Source of the DNA: Thermodesulfobacteriota bacterium
GTDB taxonomy: Bacteria > Desulfobacterota > WTBG01 > JAGOGO01
DNA: 32,000 nucleotides
Reading direction: 5' to 3'
NCBI GenBank assembly: GCA_026625185.1
Contig: CP113000.1
Coordinates: 2,295,622-2,327,621, forward strand
Shown here: in pieces, positions 1-7,835 of the stretch
How positions within the stretch are numbered: the first letter of the stretch is position 1
How the letters are laid out: each line of letters begins with the position of its first letter
The notes under the pieces: generated by a model
The model's input: only the letters and a program-made list of their open reading frames with translations
Databases searched by the model: none
What the model was told of the DNA's origin: nothing
Program-made: the position numbers and the translations under genes

Positions 1-25
1 TGACGTAATCAGCGTAGCGCAAACA

Positions 26-631
26 GTGCAATCTGTCGAGGGGACGAGGGATGGCCTCCTGATAGAGGGCATCGGAGACAGAAATCTTGTTATCCTGACC
101 CTTAAAAGTTGGTTGGTGGTGTTTGCTATAAAGAATTCACTGAAAATTAGGAAAGGTTTGAAGTTTGGAGGGTCATGGAGTTTAACTGCGGCAATAGTAT
201 GGGTATTTGACTATATTTGGATGCCATGGCTGGGTATAACATTTCAATATTTTGCAATGATTCCTCTGTTTCTTTCGCTTGTAGTGGCTTGCTATATAGG
301 TCTGTATCTTTATAATTTCTTGGATGAAGATGTATTTTTCATAGGGAAGATTAAACCCTGGCTTGATGCTGAAAGTTCTTGGGTAAAAATTGAGCGAATA
401 AAACAAGTAGTCCGCAAAAGCCCTAAGCTTACCTTTATTGTTCTTTCAAGCTGGTGGAGCCCTTTGCACGCTCATTTTTTTTTCAGAGATAATAATAAGG
501 GAGACAAGATGGCAGTCGTTTCGATTGTTGAGGGATCAATATACTGCACCCTTTTCTGGGGTGTAGTAATCGATCTTATTATTTTTATCTACAGATGGGT
601 AAAAATGCTTTTTCACCATTACACCTTTTAG
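26..631 (+). CDS. hypothetical polytopic membrane protein; the frame is open to the window start, so it may be 5'-partial
   Basis: Only long ORF here. Hydrophobic helices include LTAAIVWVFDYIWMPWLGITF, AMIPLFLSLVVACYIGLYLY and IYCTLFWGVVIDLIIFIY. The GTG at 26 has no clear RBS and positions 2-25 are in frame without a stop. It ends 15 nt before the next gene. No family recognised. Confidence 0.4.
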   Translation: MQSVEGTRDGLLIEGIGDRNLVILTLKSWLVVFAIKNSLKIRKGLKFGGSWSLTAAIVWVFDYIWMPWLGITFQYFAMIPLFLSLVVACYIGLYLYNFLDEDVFFIGKIKPWLDAESSWVKIERIKQVVRKSPKLTFIVLSSWWSPLHAHFFFRDNNKGDKMAVVSIVEGSIYCTLFWGVVIDLIIFIYRWVKMLFHHYTF

Positions 632-646
632 TCAGGGATTGGCCTT

Positions 647-1813
647 ATGAAAGTTTTTCTAACGGGTGCAACTGGTTTTCTGGGAGGAGAGCTTCTGGTT
701 GAATTTTCTAAGCTCTCCTTTATAGAAAAGATTTTCTGTCTGGTCAGGGCTGATAGTCAATTAGCAGCCCAGTGTAGGCTAAAAAAAGTTTTTGCTTTTC
801 ATGACGATTTTTATGATGAAAGCAAGACTGTGGCTATTCCTGGAGATTTGATGGATGAAAATCTATCGAAAAAACTCAGATCAGATTTTGAATTGAATTC
901 AGTAAATATAATCGTTCATAGCGGAGCCAATACCTCATTTCTTCCTCAAAAAAGGAATGTCGTTGAGGCAACTAATGTTAATGGAGCCATTCAGGTTGCC
1001 ACCTGGGCGTCCGGCTTAAAGGATCTGAAAACTTTTGCCTATGTTGGAACAGCGATGATTGCCGGGGCGGGACCTTCTATGGTTGGCAGGCATATTTTTG
1101 AAGACGAATCTCCAAATCCCAACGCCGAACATATCGTTGACTATACTCGTTTCAAAATGATAGGTGAAATGAATGTTCGGAGAATAATTCCTGAAGATAA
1201 GCTTCTTGTCGTAAGACCATCAGCTATATTAGGTGATAGCCGCCTTTGGAAACCTAGGTCGTTTGATATCGCTTGGGTTTTTACTGCCCTTAATGTCCTG
1301 AGGCTTTGTCCGTTTGACATTACCTGCAGAGTAGATCTTATTTCTGTTGATTATGCAAGCAGAGCAATAATAGATCTGATCTTTTCTGACCGAAATTTTA
1401 ATTGCTATCACCTAAGTGCAGGCAGATCTGCCACTGCCATGTGGGATATCCTGCAGGTTTACCGGAATAACGATAACGGGCGGATCGACTATCATTTTGC
1501 CGATCCTGGTCTCTATAAGGAGATGGTCTCCTTCTCTAAAAAGAGATTGGAACAGTGTGAAGTTCTGAATAGGGACTATAAGGATTACCTGCACTATTGG
1601 CAGGGAATATTCAATTCCAACGGGGAGTTCCGAATTCTACTCTTCGGTTTAGAAAAGTATCTGAGGTTCATTAATCTTGATCAAACATTTGATAATACAA
1701 GATTGCTGAGTGAAGGAATTAAGGAACCGGAGGTTACCAGTAGCTATGTAGGAAGGACTATATCTTTTATTAAGGATATAGATATAATCGAAAGCTCACA
1801 GAAAAACGCGTGA
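647..1813 (+). CDS. SDR-superfamily fatty acyl-CoA / thioester reductase-like protein (NAD_binding_4, 'male sterility' type)
   Basis: N-terminal Rossmann motif MKVFLTGATGFLGG, an IIVHSGANTSF segment, and YxxxK as YTRFK. Length and domain order fit stand-alone terminal reductase domains. Confidence 0.75.
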   Translation: MKVFLTGATGFLGGELLVEFSKLSFIEKIFCLVRADSQLAAQCRLKKVFAFHDDFYDESKTVAIPGDLMDENLSKKLRSDFELNSVNIIVHSGANTSFLPQKRNVVEATNVNGAIQVATWASGLKDLKTFAYVGTAMIAGAGPSMVGRHIFEDESPNPNAEHIVDYTRFKMIGEMNVRRIIPEDKLLVVRPSAILGDSRLWKPRSFDIAWVFTALNVLRLCPFDITCRVDLISVDYASRAIIDLIFSDRNFNCYHLSAGRSATAMWDILQVYRNNDNGRIDYHFADPGLYKEMVSFSKKRLEQCEVLNRDYKDYLHYWQGIFNSNGEFRILLFGLEKYLRFINLDQTFDNTRLLSEGIKEPEVTSSYVGRTISFIKDIDIIESSQKNA

Positions 1814-1831
1814 TGTTTCAAAGGTAACATT

Positions 1832-3232
1832 GTGCAACTCGGGCAACTCTTTATGGGTTGCCCTTTTTTAATTTTCTGGGTGTTGTATAATAGATACAAA
1901 ATGTGCGAGGCATATCAAAATATTAATTTTCTTAATTACAGTTATGGTACTCCGATAGCAGTAGTTTTACTACTGGGCCTTTTTGTTTTATTTTCAGGAT
2001 TCAAGAATATATCTAATCGCATATATTTCTTGTCCATTATCGGATTTTTAATTTGGATGGTTTGCGATTATTTAAGTTTTGCATTGACTAACCCATCTCA
2101 CATCTTACTATCTGAAAAACTGGCAACGCTTGGAATATTAGGGCCTATGTTTGCATCAATGTTTATTTATATTTTTCCTGAAAACAGGCAATTGAGTAGA
2201 AAAGTTGTATTGGCGCTTATACTGCCTATTATTCCATTAATCATATTACTTCCTACAAAGTTTATCATAAGTTCTATAACCCCCGCTCCCGAATGTAATG
2301 TAACGACAGGAACTTTTTATTTGTACCTCGCGTTTCTGATTTTGTATTACATTACTTCAATTTTCATAATCTCTATCAAAAAAATTAGAACTCTGAAAGG
2401 TAACTTTAAAAAACAGCTAATCCTCTTTATTTCCGGAACAACCATATTCTTATTTTTAGTTATTCTGCTGGCAGTCATACCTTCGATTTATGAACAATAT
2501 AATTTAGTAATACTTGCTCCGTTTTCAGTAGTTATATTCGCTGGATTTTGTGCCTATGCTATCGTCAGGTATCAAGTATTTAATCTTAAAATTATTGCCG
2601 CTCAGATGCTGGTAATATCTTTAATAATTCTTATCGGTTCGCTGTTATTCTATGTCCGAGAGGCTGGTGGAAGGGTTTTGATTGCGGTTAATCTTTTACT
2701 CTCGCTGTTTTTCGGTTGGTTATTAGTCAGGTCGGTTAAAATGGAAATTAAGCAGAAAGAAGAATTGAAAAAATTGTCTGATGATTTAGCGGTGGCTAAT
2801 GAGAAGTTGAGAAAAATAGATGCCAGCAAGACGGATTTTATTAATATTGCTTCCCATCAGCTTAAAAAGGCTCCGACGCCGATCAAAGGTAATGTTTCGC
2901 TTCTTTTGGAAGGTTCCTATGGCGAGGTTCCCGAGAATCAGAAGAAAATTTTGCAGGAAGTTTACACTGCTAATGAACGGCAGATTGATTTGGTTGACGA
3001 CCTTCTCAATGTCGCCCGGATGGAATCGGGCCGGGTCCAGTTGGATTTCCAGAAACAGAGAATTGAAGATATTTGCCAGGAAGTTTACACCAATCTTCTA
3101 CCTGCAGCTAAAGAAAAAGGCCTTGAACTGGGCTATGAAAAACCGAAAAAACCTTTGCCGATACTTTCTCTTGATAAAGGCAAGATTTTTGAGGCCATTT
3201 TCAATTTTGTGGAGAACGCGATAAAATTGTAA
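1832..3232 (+). pseudogene. sensor histidine kinase with a multi-TM N-terminal domain, 3'-truncated at the N-box by the adjacent IS
   Basis: About 300 aa of repeated hydrophobic helices, then a coiled-coil linker (KQKEELKKLSDDLAVANEKLRK), an H-box ASHQLKKAPTPIKG and an N-box-like FNFVENAIKL followed by the stop. No G1/G2 ATP-binding boxes follow. The stop codon (3230-3232) abuts the IS terminal repeat at 3233. Confidence 0.75.
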
Positions 3233-3242
3233 TGCCACCTGT

Positions 3243-4037
3243 TTAGCAAGCATTTTTTAAGTGAGAGATAGGCTGATTATAAATATAGTTTTCGTAACAT
3301 TGTCTGGGTGTTAAATTTCCCAGAGCTTGGTTTGGATAATCGGTGTTGTAATCGTTAATCCATTTAGCTAAACCAATCTGAAACTCGAAAGGGTTATCCC
3401 AGTCATACGGCCAGAGGATGTCTTCTTTGATAGTGCGCATAACTCGTTCGGTATCGGAGTTGCCTTTCGGATTAGACCAGGTGGTAAATATCTGTTTTAA
3501 ACCTAAAAGGCTACAGCTCATCATAAAACGTCGAGCTGTTGGCTGAGAACCATTGTCGGAGATCAAAAACAGGTTTTGCTCTTTGGCAGCTTCACGGACA
3601 CCATGAGGGAAGCGGTTGTTAACCGCCATATCCAGGGCAGAAAGCCAATCATCGGTCTTTGATTGCATGGATAGAGAATAACCGACAATCTCTTTTGTGT
3701 ACCAGTCAAGGACAATGGTTAAATAGAGCCAGCCCCAGGATGCCATGCGGATTTTAGTCATATCAATGCCCCAAAATTGATTAGGCCTGGTGGCTTTGGG
3801 TTTTGGTTTTATCGGCCCTCGTTTAGCTTTAATCCGCACCTGCGGTGTAACCAGCAGGTTGTGTTCTTTCATAATCCGATAGATACGATTAATGCTGACC
3901 GAATACCCGCGTCGGTATTTCAGATATGACCAAACCCGGCGATAGCCCCAGAGAGGATGATCGGCCTTGATGGGTTTGATTCTCAACCATAATTGTAAAT
4001 CTCTTTTAATAGTTGAAAGTGAGCGCCGCCGTTTCAT
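3243..4037 (-). CDS. IS3-family transposase OrfB (DDE/rve catalytic core)
   Basis: DDE signature present: WGIDMT (D), LISDNGSQ (D), NSDTERVMRTIKE (E). Sits in the -1 frame relative to orfA. Confidence 0.9.
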   Translation of the reverse strand: MKRRRSLSTIKRDLQLWLRIKPIKADHPLWGYRRVWSYLKYRRGYSVSINRIYRIMKEHNLLVTPQVRIKAKRGPIKPKPKATRPNQFWGIDMTKIRMASWGWLYLTIVLDWYTKEIVGYSLSMQSKTDDWLSALDMAVNNRFPHGVREAAKEQNLFLISDNGSQPTARRFMMSCSLLGLKQIFTTWSNPKGNSDTERVMRTIKEDILWPYDWDNPFEFQIGLAKWINDYNTDYPNQALGNLTPRQCYENYIYNQPISHLKNAC

Positions 4038-4309
4038 AGCTCGTAGTCGCTTTTTTTTAATTCGACGGTCAAATCGCCGATGATTTTCTTTAATTTAAGA
4101 ACTTCTTGTTCCAAGTGCTGTTCTTTTTTAGAAATATTTTTAGTTTCAAAGGCTTGGTGACCGTGTTTTAAGAGCTGATCACGCCAGAGGTAATACTGGG
4201 TATTGGCAATTTGGTATTTGGCACAGAGTTTCGAAATTTCAATGTGACCGGATAGCCCCTCAAGCACGATACGCAGTTTTTCCTGGCTGGTCCAGATGCG
4301 TTTTTTCAT
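4034..4309 (-). CDS. IS3-family transposase OrfA (HTH)
   Basis: The 91-aa sequence MKKRIWTSQEKLRIVLEGLSG...QYYLWRDQLL is typical of the IS3 OrfA HTH plus leucine-zipper region. It overlaps orfB by ATGA. Confidence 0.85.
   Translation of the reverse strand: MKKRIWTSQEKLRIVLEGLSGHIEISKLCAKYQIANTQYYLWRDQLLKHGHQAFETKNISKKEQHLEQEVLKLKKIIGDLTVELKKSDYEL
4052..4058 (-). other. programmed -1 ribosomal frameshift heptamer A AAA AAA (would produce an OrfAB fusion)
   Basis: orfA reads TTA AAA AAA AGC (L K K S). A -1 slip reads AAA AAA AAG CGA CTA CGA GCT ATG AAA CGG, which is the orfB frame and is open from the slip site. Confidence 0.6.
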
Positions 4310-4350
4310 AGCAATAGCCTCCTTTCTTATGGAGCCTATTCTATCTTAAA

Positions 4351-5742
4351 TTGCTCGTTCCGTTAACTAGTGGCAGTATAAAGGCCTCAGGTGCTAACTC
4401 GGCTTATATGAGTATTATAAGTGGTGACTCCGCATATTCAATGTTAAGTTTGGGAGATTATACATCTGAAGCTGCTGGAAGGATTGGTTACTATAACAAC
4501 GATAATTATATGTATTTCCAAACGAATGGCGGTGAGAGGGTTCGAATTACAAGCAACGGCAGCGTCGGCATCGGGACGACAAACCCAAGTGCCAAATTAA
4601 GCGTAACCTCCACTTCCGATGGAGATGTCATTACCGTCACCGACTCCGACGGAACCTGCACCCTCAATCCTGAATCCGGAGGATCTTGGAGCTGCACATC
4701 TGACAAAAGGCTCAAAAAAGACATCGCCAGCATTGACGATTCCCTTTCCAAGATAATGGATCTGCGCCCGGTGTCCTTCAAGATGATAGCCGGAGGAGAT
4801 ACCAACTACGGCTTCATCGCCCAGGAAGTTCAAAAGGTTATTCCCGAAGCGGTTTCCACCCTTCCCGGAGGATACCTCGGAGTAGCCGAAGGAAAGTTCA
4901 CTCCCTACATCATCAGAGCGATCCAGGAGCAACAAAATCAGATATTAGGAATTTCCAATTTTAGTGAAAATCTCAGCCAAAGGCTGACCAGCCAGGGGCT
5001 GGAAATCCAAAATTCCAATGACCAAATTTCAGGGTTAGTTCTGAAAACCGATGCCAACATTAAGACCCTGGAAGACTTGCAAAAATCAGTGGATGAGCAG
5101 TTCATGAAAATACAAAATTCTCTGGATACTTACAATGAGATCCTTCGCTCTGCTCAGGATGACTTGACGTTGATTTCCAATTTCAATGATCAAATTATTC
5201 AAACCGACGAGATTTTGGAACAAATTTCCGCCGACGTTAAAACTTTGGCGGACAGGCAGGATGCCAGCGATGATTTGATAGCGATTTTGCAAGCCCAGAT
5301 GGACGAACTCAAGAAACTGACCGACCAAAACCTTAAACTTGCCCAGATTGAAGCTAATAAAAACGAGATTGACCTCATTAAGCTGGTTTTGGGAGTTGAC
5401 CGAGTTAAAGACCCCACCGACATAGACATTATCGGGAAGATCAGCGCCAGCGGAATTGAGATAACGGGAACGGTGGAAGCGAAAGATGTTAAAATGGAAA
5501 GTTTGGAAATGGAGGATGGAAAGACTTCTGGTAAAGGTAAAATCAAATCTGGGGATACTTCGGCAGAAATCCAGACTCCCTTCGCCAGCGAAGACGCCAA
5601 AATTTCCATTACTCCAAGAGGAGACACTTTTGACAGAATCCTATTCTATGATGATGTTAATGAAGGCAAGAGCTTCAAGGTAAAAATCAAAAAAGCCACT
5701 GACGAAGGCGACATAAATTTTGATTGGCTGATTATCAAGTAA
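4351..5742 (+). CDS. tail-fibre-like protein with a Peptidase_S74 (endosialidase intramolecular chaperone) domain; probably 5'-truncated by the IS
   Basis: VGIGTTNPSAKLSV, then the hallmark SDKRLKKDI...LRPVSF...YGFIAQEVQKVIPEAV...IIRAIQEQ (about 4699-4944). The listed TTG start at 4351 lies inside the IS terminal repeat, and I see no RBS or credible start after 4375. Confidence 0.7.
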   Translation: MLVPLTSGSIKASGANSAYMSIISGDSAYSMLSLGDYTSEAAGRIGYYNNDNYMYFQTNGGERVRITSNGSVGIGTTNPSAKLSVTSTSDGDVITVTDSDGTCTLNPESGGSWSCTSDKRLKKDIASIDDSLSKIMDLRPVSFKMIAGGDTNYGFIAQEVQKVIPEAVSTLPGGYLGVAEGKFTPYIIRAIQEQQNQILGISNFSENLSQRLTSQGLEIQNSNDQISGLVLKTDANIKTLEDLQKSVDEQFMKIQNSLDTYNEILRSAQDDLTLISNFNDQIIQTDEILEQISADVKTLADRQDASDDLIAILQAQMDELKKLTDQNLKLAQIEANKNEIDLIKLVLGVDRVKDPTDIDIIGKISASGIEITGTVEAKDVKMESLEMEDGKTSGKGKIKSGDTSAEIQTPFASEDAKISITPRGDTFDRILFYDDVNEGKSFKVKIKKATDEGDINFDWLIIK

Positions 5743-5816
5743 TCTTCTCTGCTGATCTTTAACAGCATCGATTTCATCACATGGAAAATATTGATTTCCA
5801 GTTGGCTAATCTATTT

Positions 5817-5851
5817 AGCGCCACTTGCTTGCAGAGTGGCGTTTTAGTTTT
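5817..5851 (+). terminator. rho-independent terminator downstream of the tail-fibre-like gene
   Basis: Stem AGCGCCACT / AGTGGCGTT (7 Watson-Crick pairs plus extensions), 9-nt loop TGCTTGCAG, then TTTTAGTTTT. It is followed immediately by the palindrome TTTTGGCGCGCGCCAAAA (5848-5865). Confidence 0.6.
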
Positions 5852-6081
5852 GGCGCGCGCCAAAAAAAGGCCTTCATTGTGATAATTCGTAACCAGGTCC
5901 TTGTATTTATGAGGGTGACCTTGCCCTAAAGGACAATATCTCACCTCTTTTTGTCCTCCCTTTACTCTCTATACTTAAACTAATCCGATCAGCAATTTAA
6001 CCAGCACCTTAACAACTCAAAAAAAGGAGGTGAAGGCCAAAACCAAGGAAGACCTACAACCCTTAACTGGAGGAAGTGCAT

Positions 6082-6255
6082 ATGAAGGTACGGGTGATCC
6101 ATTCTAAAAATTTAAGCTCTGAATGCTGGCTTGTCCAGACTTGGGACTTGAACTACTGTCAGACCTGTAAATTCAAAGGAACAAAAGCGTGCGGAGGAAA
6201 AAGAATAAGACAAACCCGCAAAAACCTTTTGGGCAAGAAAGTGCCCATAGAATAG
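6082..6255 (+). CDS. small Cys4 (zinc-ribbon-like) protein, 57 aa; below the ORF-track length cut-off
   Basis: ATG preceded by GGAGGAAGTGCAT. Translates without a stop to MKVRVIHSKNLSSECWLVQTWDLNYCQTCKFKGTKACGGKRIRQTRKNLLGKKVPIE (C-x10-C-x2-C-x7-C, basic tail). TAG at 6253-6255, 9 nt before the next start. Confidence 0.45.
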   Translation: MKVRVIHSKNLSSECWLVQTWDLNYCQTCKFKGTKACGGKRIRQTRKNLLGKKVPIE

Positions 6256-6264
6256 GAGGATCAG

Positions 6265-6528
6265 ATGACAGAAATTCAGAGTCGTTGTCTGCCTTATTTT
6301 TCCCAGGATAAGGCGAGTATTTTTCTTCTTAACGGAAGAAAAATCAGGGTCCCGATTTTCAATTTCCAGGATGTAACTTCCGAAGGAGGAAGATTCCATC
6401 AGTTTCACACCTTCCTTATAGGAAGAAAGGCCAGTGACTACCAAAGGAGGGATAAAGATGTACAGCCCGAAGATCAGAGAGGATTTAATTCCAAAGATTT
6501 ACCAGAAAGCCAGGGCAAAAGGAATTAA
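6265..6528 (+). CDS. hypothetical small protein
   Basis: ATG 6 nt after GGAGGA. Same strand and tight spacing with its neighbours. Its 3' end overlaps the next gene by about 70 nt, so the functional length is uncertain. No family recognised. Confidence 0.4.
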   Translation: MTEIQSRCLPYFSQDKASIFLLNGRKIRVPIFNFQDVTSEGGRFHQFHTFLIGRKASDYQRRDKDVQPEDQRGFNSKDLPESQGKRN

Positions 6529-6658
6529 CATGACCACCCTGGTTAATGGGATTTTGGAGAATGCCTTAAACGGAGGTGATGAGCTTGAGGAAACTATTGC
6601 GCATGGCAAAAAGCTTGGTTTTTCGAAAAAAGATGGCCGACAAGATGGAGAAGCTTGA
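6458..6658 (+). CDS. ribbon-helix-helix (CopG/Arc-like) small DNA-binding protein
   Basis: ATG 6 nt after AAAGGAGGG. MYSPKIREDLIPKIYQKARAKGINMTTLVNGILENAL fits the RHH pattern of a beta strand, helix, G-x-x-x-[ST]-x-L, helix. I prefer this start to the listed GTG at 6434. Confidence 0.55.
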   Translation: MYSPKIREDLIPKIYQKARAKGINMTTLVNGILENALNGGDELEETIAHGKKLGFSKKDGRQDGEA

Positions 6659-6839
6659 AGCTGAAATCAGGTCTTTTCTTTTAAATCAAGGGAAGAGGGA
6701 AATTATAAGCGATGGCTTCAAGATTTCACTTAAACAAGGAAGCCGCATTAAAATTACAGAACTGCCATCATCAAATCTTAAACAACTTAAGCTCCCGATA
6801 AAACAAAAAGAAAAATTGGAGAAAGGAGAAAAGCCATGA
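6633..6839 (+). CDS. hypothetical small coiled-coil protein; start uncertain (6576, 6579, 6633 or 6645)
   Basis: ORF in cassette orientation. MADKMEKLEAEIRSFLLNQGK...; its stop overlaps the DUF932 start (ATGA). No strong RBS at any candidate start. Confidence 0.45.
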   Translation: MADKMEKLEAEIRSFLLNQGKREIISDGFKISLKQGSRIKITELPSSNLKQLKLPIKQKEKLEKGEKP

Positions 6840-7819
6840 ACCTACAGAATTTAACCGAAGAATTAGAGAGGCAAAAGCCGCTCAAGTGGGATGAAAAAAT
6901 TGATTCATCCGGTCTTGGGATGGTCTTATCCGAAAACCAGGCGAAATTGCATGTAACCGGGAAAGATAAAATATTTTCCATTACCCGGCCCTGCCACAGC
7001 CAGATTGCCGAAAGGCTGGAAATCCCTTTCCGGTATTATACCAAAATGGAAAATGAGGCTCCTGATCTTTTGGCCGAGAACGTAAACACCTGGCTGAAAG
7101 AAAAGCCCAAAGAGATTTTTCTCCGGGGCCTCGGTGATTCCATCCGGGCATTCTTGAGCGACCGGTACCGGGTGATTGATCATCTGGATATGCTCTACTG
7201 CTCCTTGAATGAGCTTCAAGCCCATGAAGCTGAGTTTGAGGATTGTTTTCTTTCGGAAACCGAGCTGAATCTAAAAGTGAAAAGCCTTCAGCTCCGAGAC
7301 TTTGTCAGGCATAAAGATGACCTGATCATCGGAGGGCTCCTGCTTACCAACTCGGAAACCGGGCACCGGGCCTTGAGGGTGGAACCCCGTATGTTCAGAG
7401 TAAAATGCACCAACGGCATGGTGATTGAGGAGTTTTTAACCCGGCAAATTCACTTGGTGAATGGTAAAGATGAAGGTGACGAGATGGTTTATTTATCCAT
7501 CCGGAGGTCCATCAAAGAGCTTTTCGGAAGATTCGGAGAAATCGTCCAGGTCTTACGAGAGACCACCGAAATCAAAGTGAGAAACGCAACCAAAGTGATT
7601 AACAATGTGGTAGAGCACTACCGCCTGAGCGAGACCCAGAAGGAAAACATCCTCATCGCCTTTGGCGCTGAGCCGGAAGAGGACAAATACGGCATTGCCA
7701 ACGCTGTAACCCGAGCAGCCCAAAGAGAGGAGACCTGGGAAAGGAGCCTTGAGCTGGAGCGGATCGGCGGGAAGCTCGTTACGCTCTCCCCGGAAACATT
7801 CAAAACCTGGGATGAGTAA
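6836..7819 (+). CDS. DUF932-family (phage/plasmid-like) protein
   Basis: RAFLSDRYRVIDHLD and LLLTNSETGHRALRVEPRMFRVKCTNGMV match the family core NS-x-G...R-x-x-CTNG. RBS AAAGGAG lies upstream. Confidence 0.85.
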   Translation: MNLQNLTEELERQKPLKWDEKIDSSGLGMVLSENQAKLHVTGKDKIFSITRPCHSQIAERLEIPFRYYTKMENEAPDLLAENVNTWLKEKPKEIFLRGLGDSIRAFLSDRYRVIDHLDMLYCSLNELQAHEAEFEDCFLSETELNLKVKSLQLRDFVRHKDDLIIGGLLLTNSETGHRALRVEPRMFRVKCTNGMVIEEFLTRQIHLVNGKDEGDEMVYLSIRRSIKELFGRFGEIVQVLRETTEIKVRNATKVINNVVEHYRLSETQKENILIAFGAEPEEDKYGIANAVTRAAQREETWERSLELERIGGKLVTLSPETFKTWDE

Positions 7820-7835
7820 AGAAAGGAGAAAGAAA

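Larger units (their letters stand above)
3233..4375 (-). mobile_element. IS3-family insertion sequence (orfA/orfB, apparently intact)
   Basis: Imperfect terminal inverted repeats with TG...CA ends: 3233 TGCCACCTGTTTAGC against the reverse complement of 4361-4375, TGCCACTAGTTAACG (10/15 identical). It encloses an HTH orfA and a DDE orfB with an A-rich frameshift site. Length 1143 bp. Confidence 0.85.

Noticed and set aside
2820-3224. 134-aa alternative-frame ORF inside the histidine kinase
   Set aside because: It is an Arg-rich out-of-frame translation of the HisKA region, and the kinase frame carries the real motifs.
4506-5627. Minus-strand ORFs 4506..4805, 4597..4935, 5086..5328 and 5199..5627, and plus-strand ORF 5486..5683
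   Set aside because: They lie entirely inside the tail-fibre-like gene, which has clear family motifs. They show low-complexity or odd composition and have no RBS, so I treat them as shadow ORFs.
5878-5892. TGTGATAATTCGTAA resembling the heptamer tracts (shares TAATTCGTAA with 31818-31827)
   Set aside because: The GTGA and CGTAA cores are 10 nt apart rather than 7, and there are only two. This is most likely chance.
6112-6444. 110-aa minus-strand ORF across the start of the cassette
   Set aside because: It is antisense to two plus-strand ORFs that each have a GGAGG-type RBS and fit the cassette's packing. No RBS or recognisable family supports it.
7749-7835. Upstream extension of the clamp ORF (MSWSGSAGSSLRSPRKHSKPGMSKERRKK...)
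   Set aside because: It overlaps the 3' end of the DUF932 gene. The ATG at 7836 follows AAAGGAG and gives the canonical MKF... clamp N-terminus.
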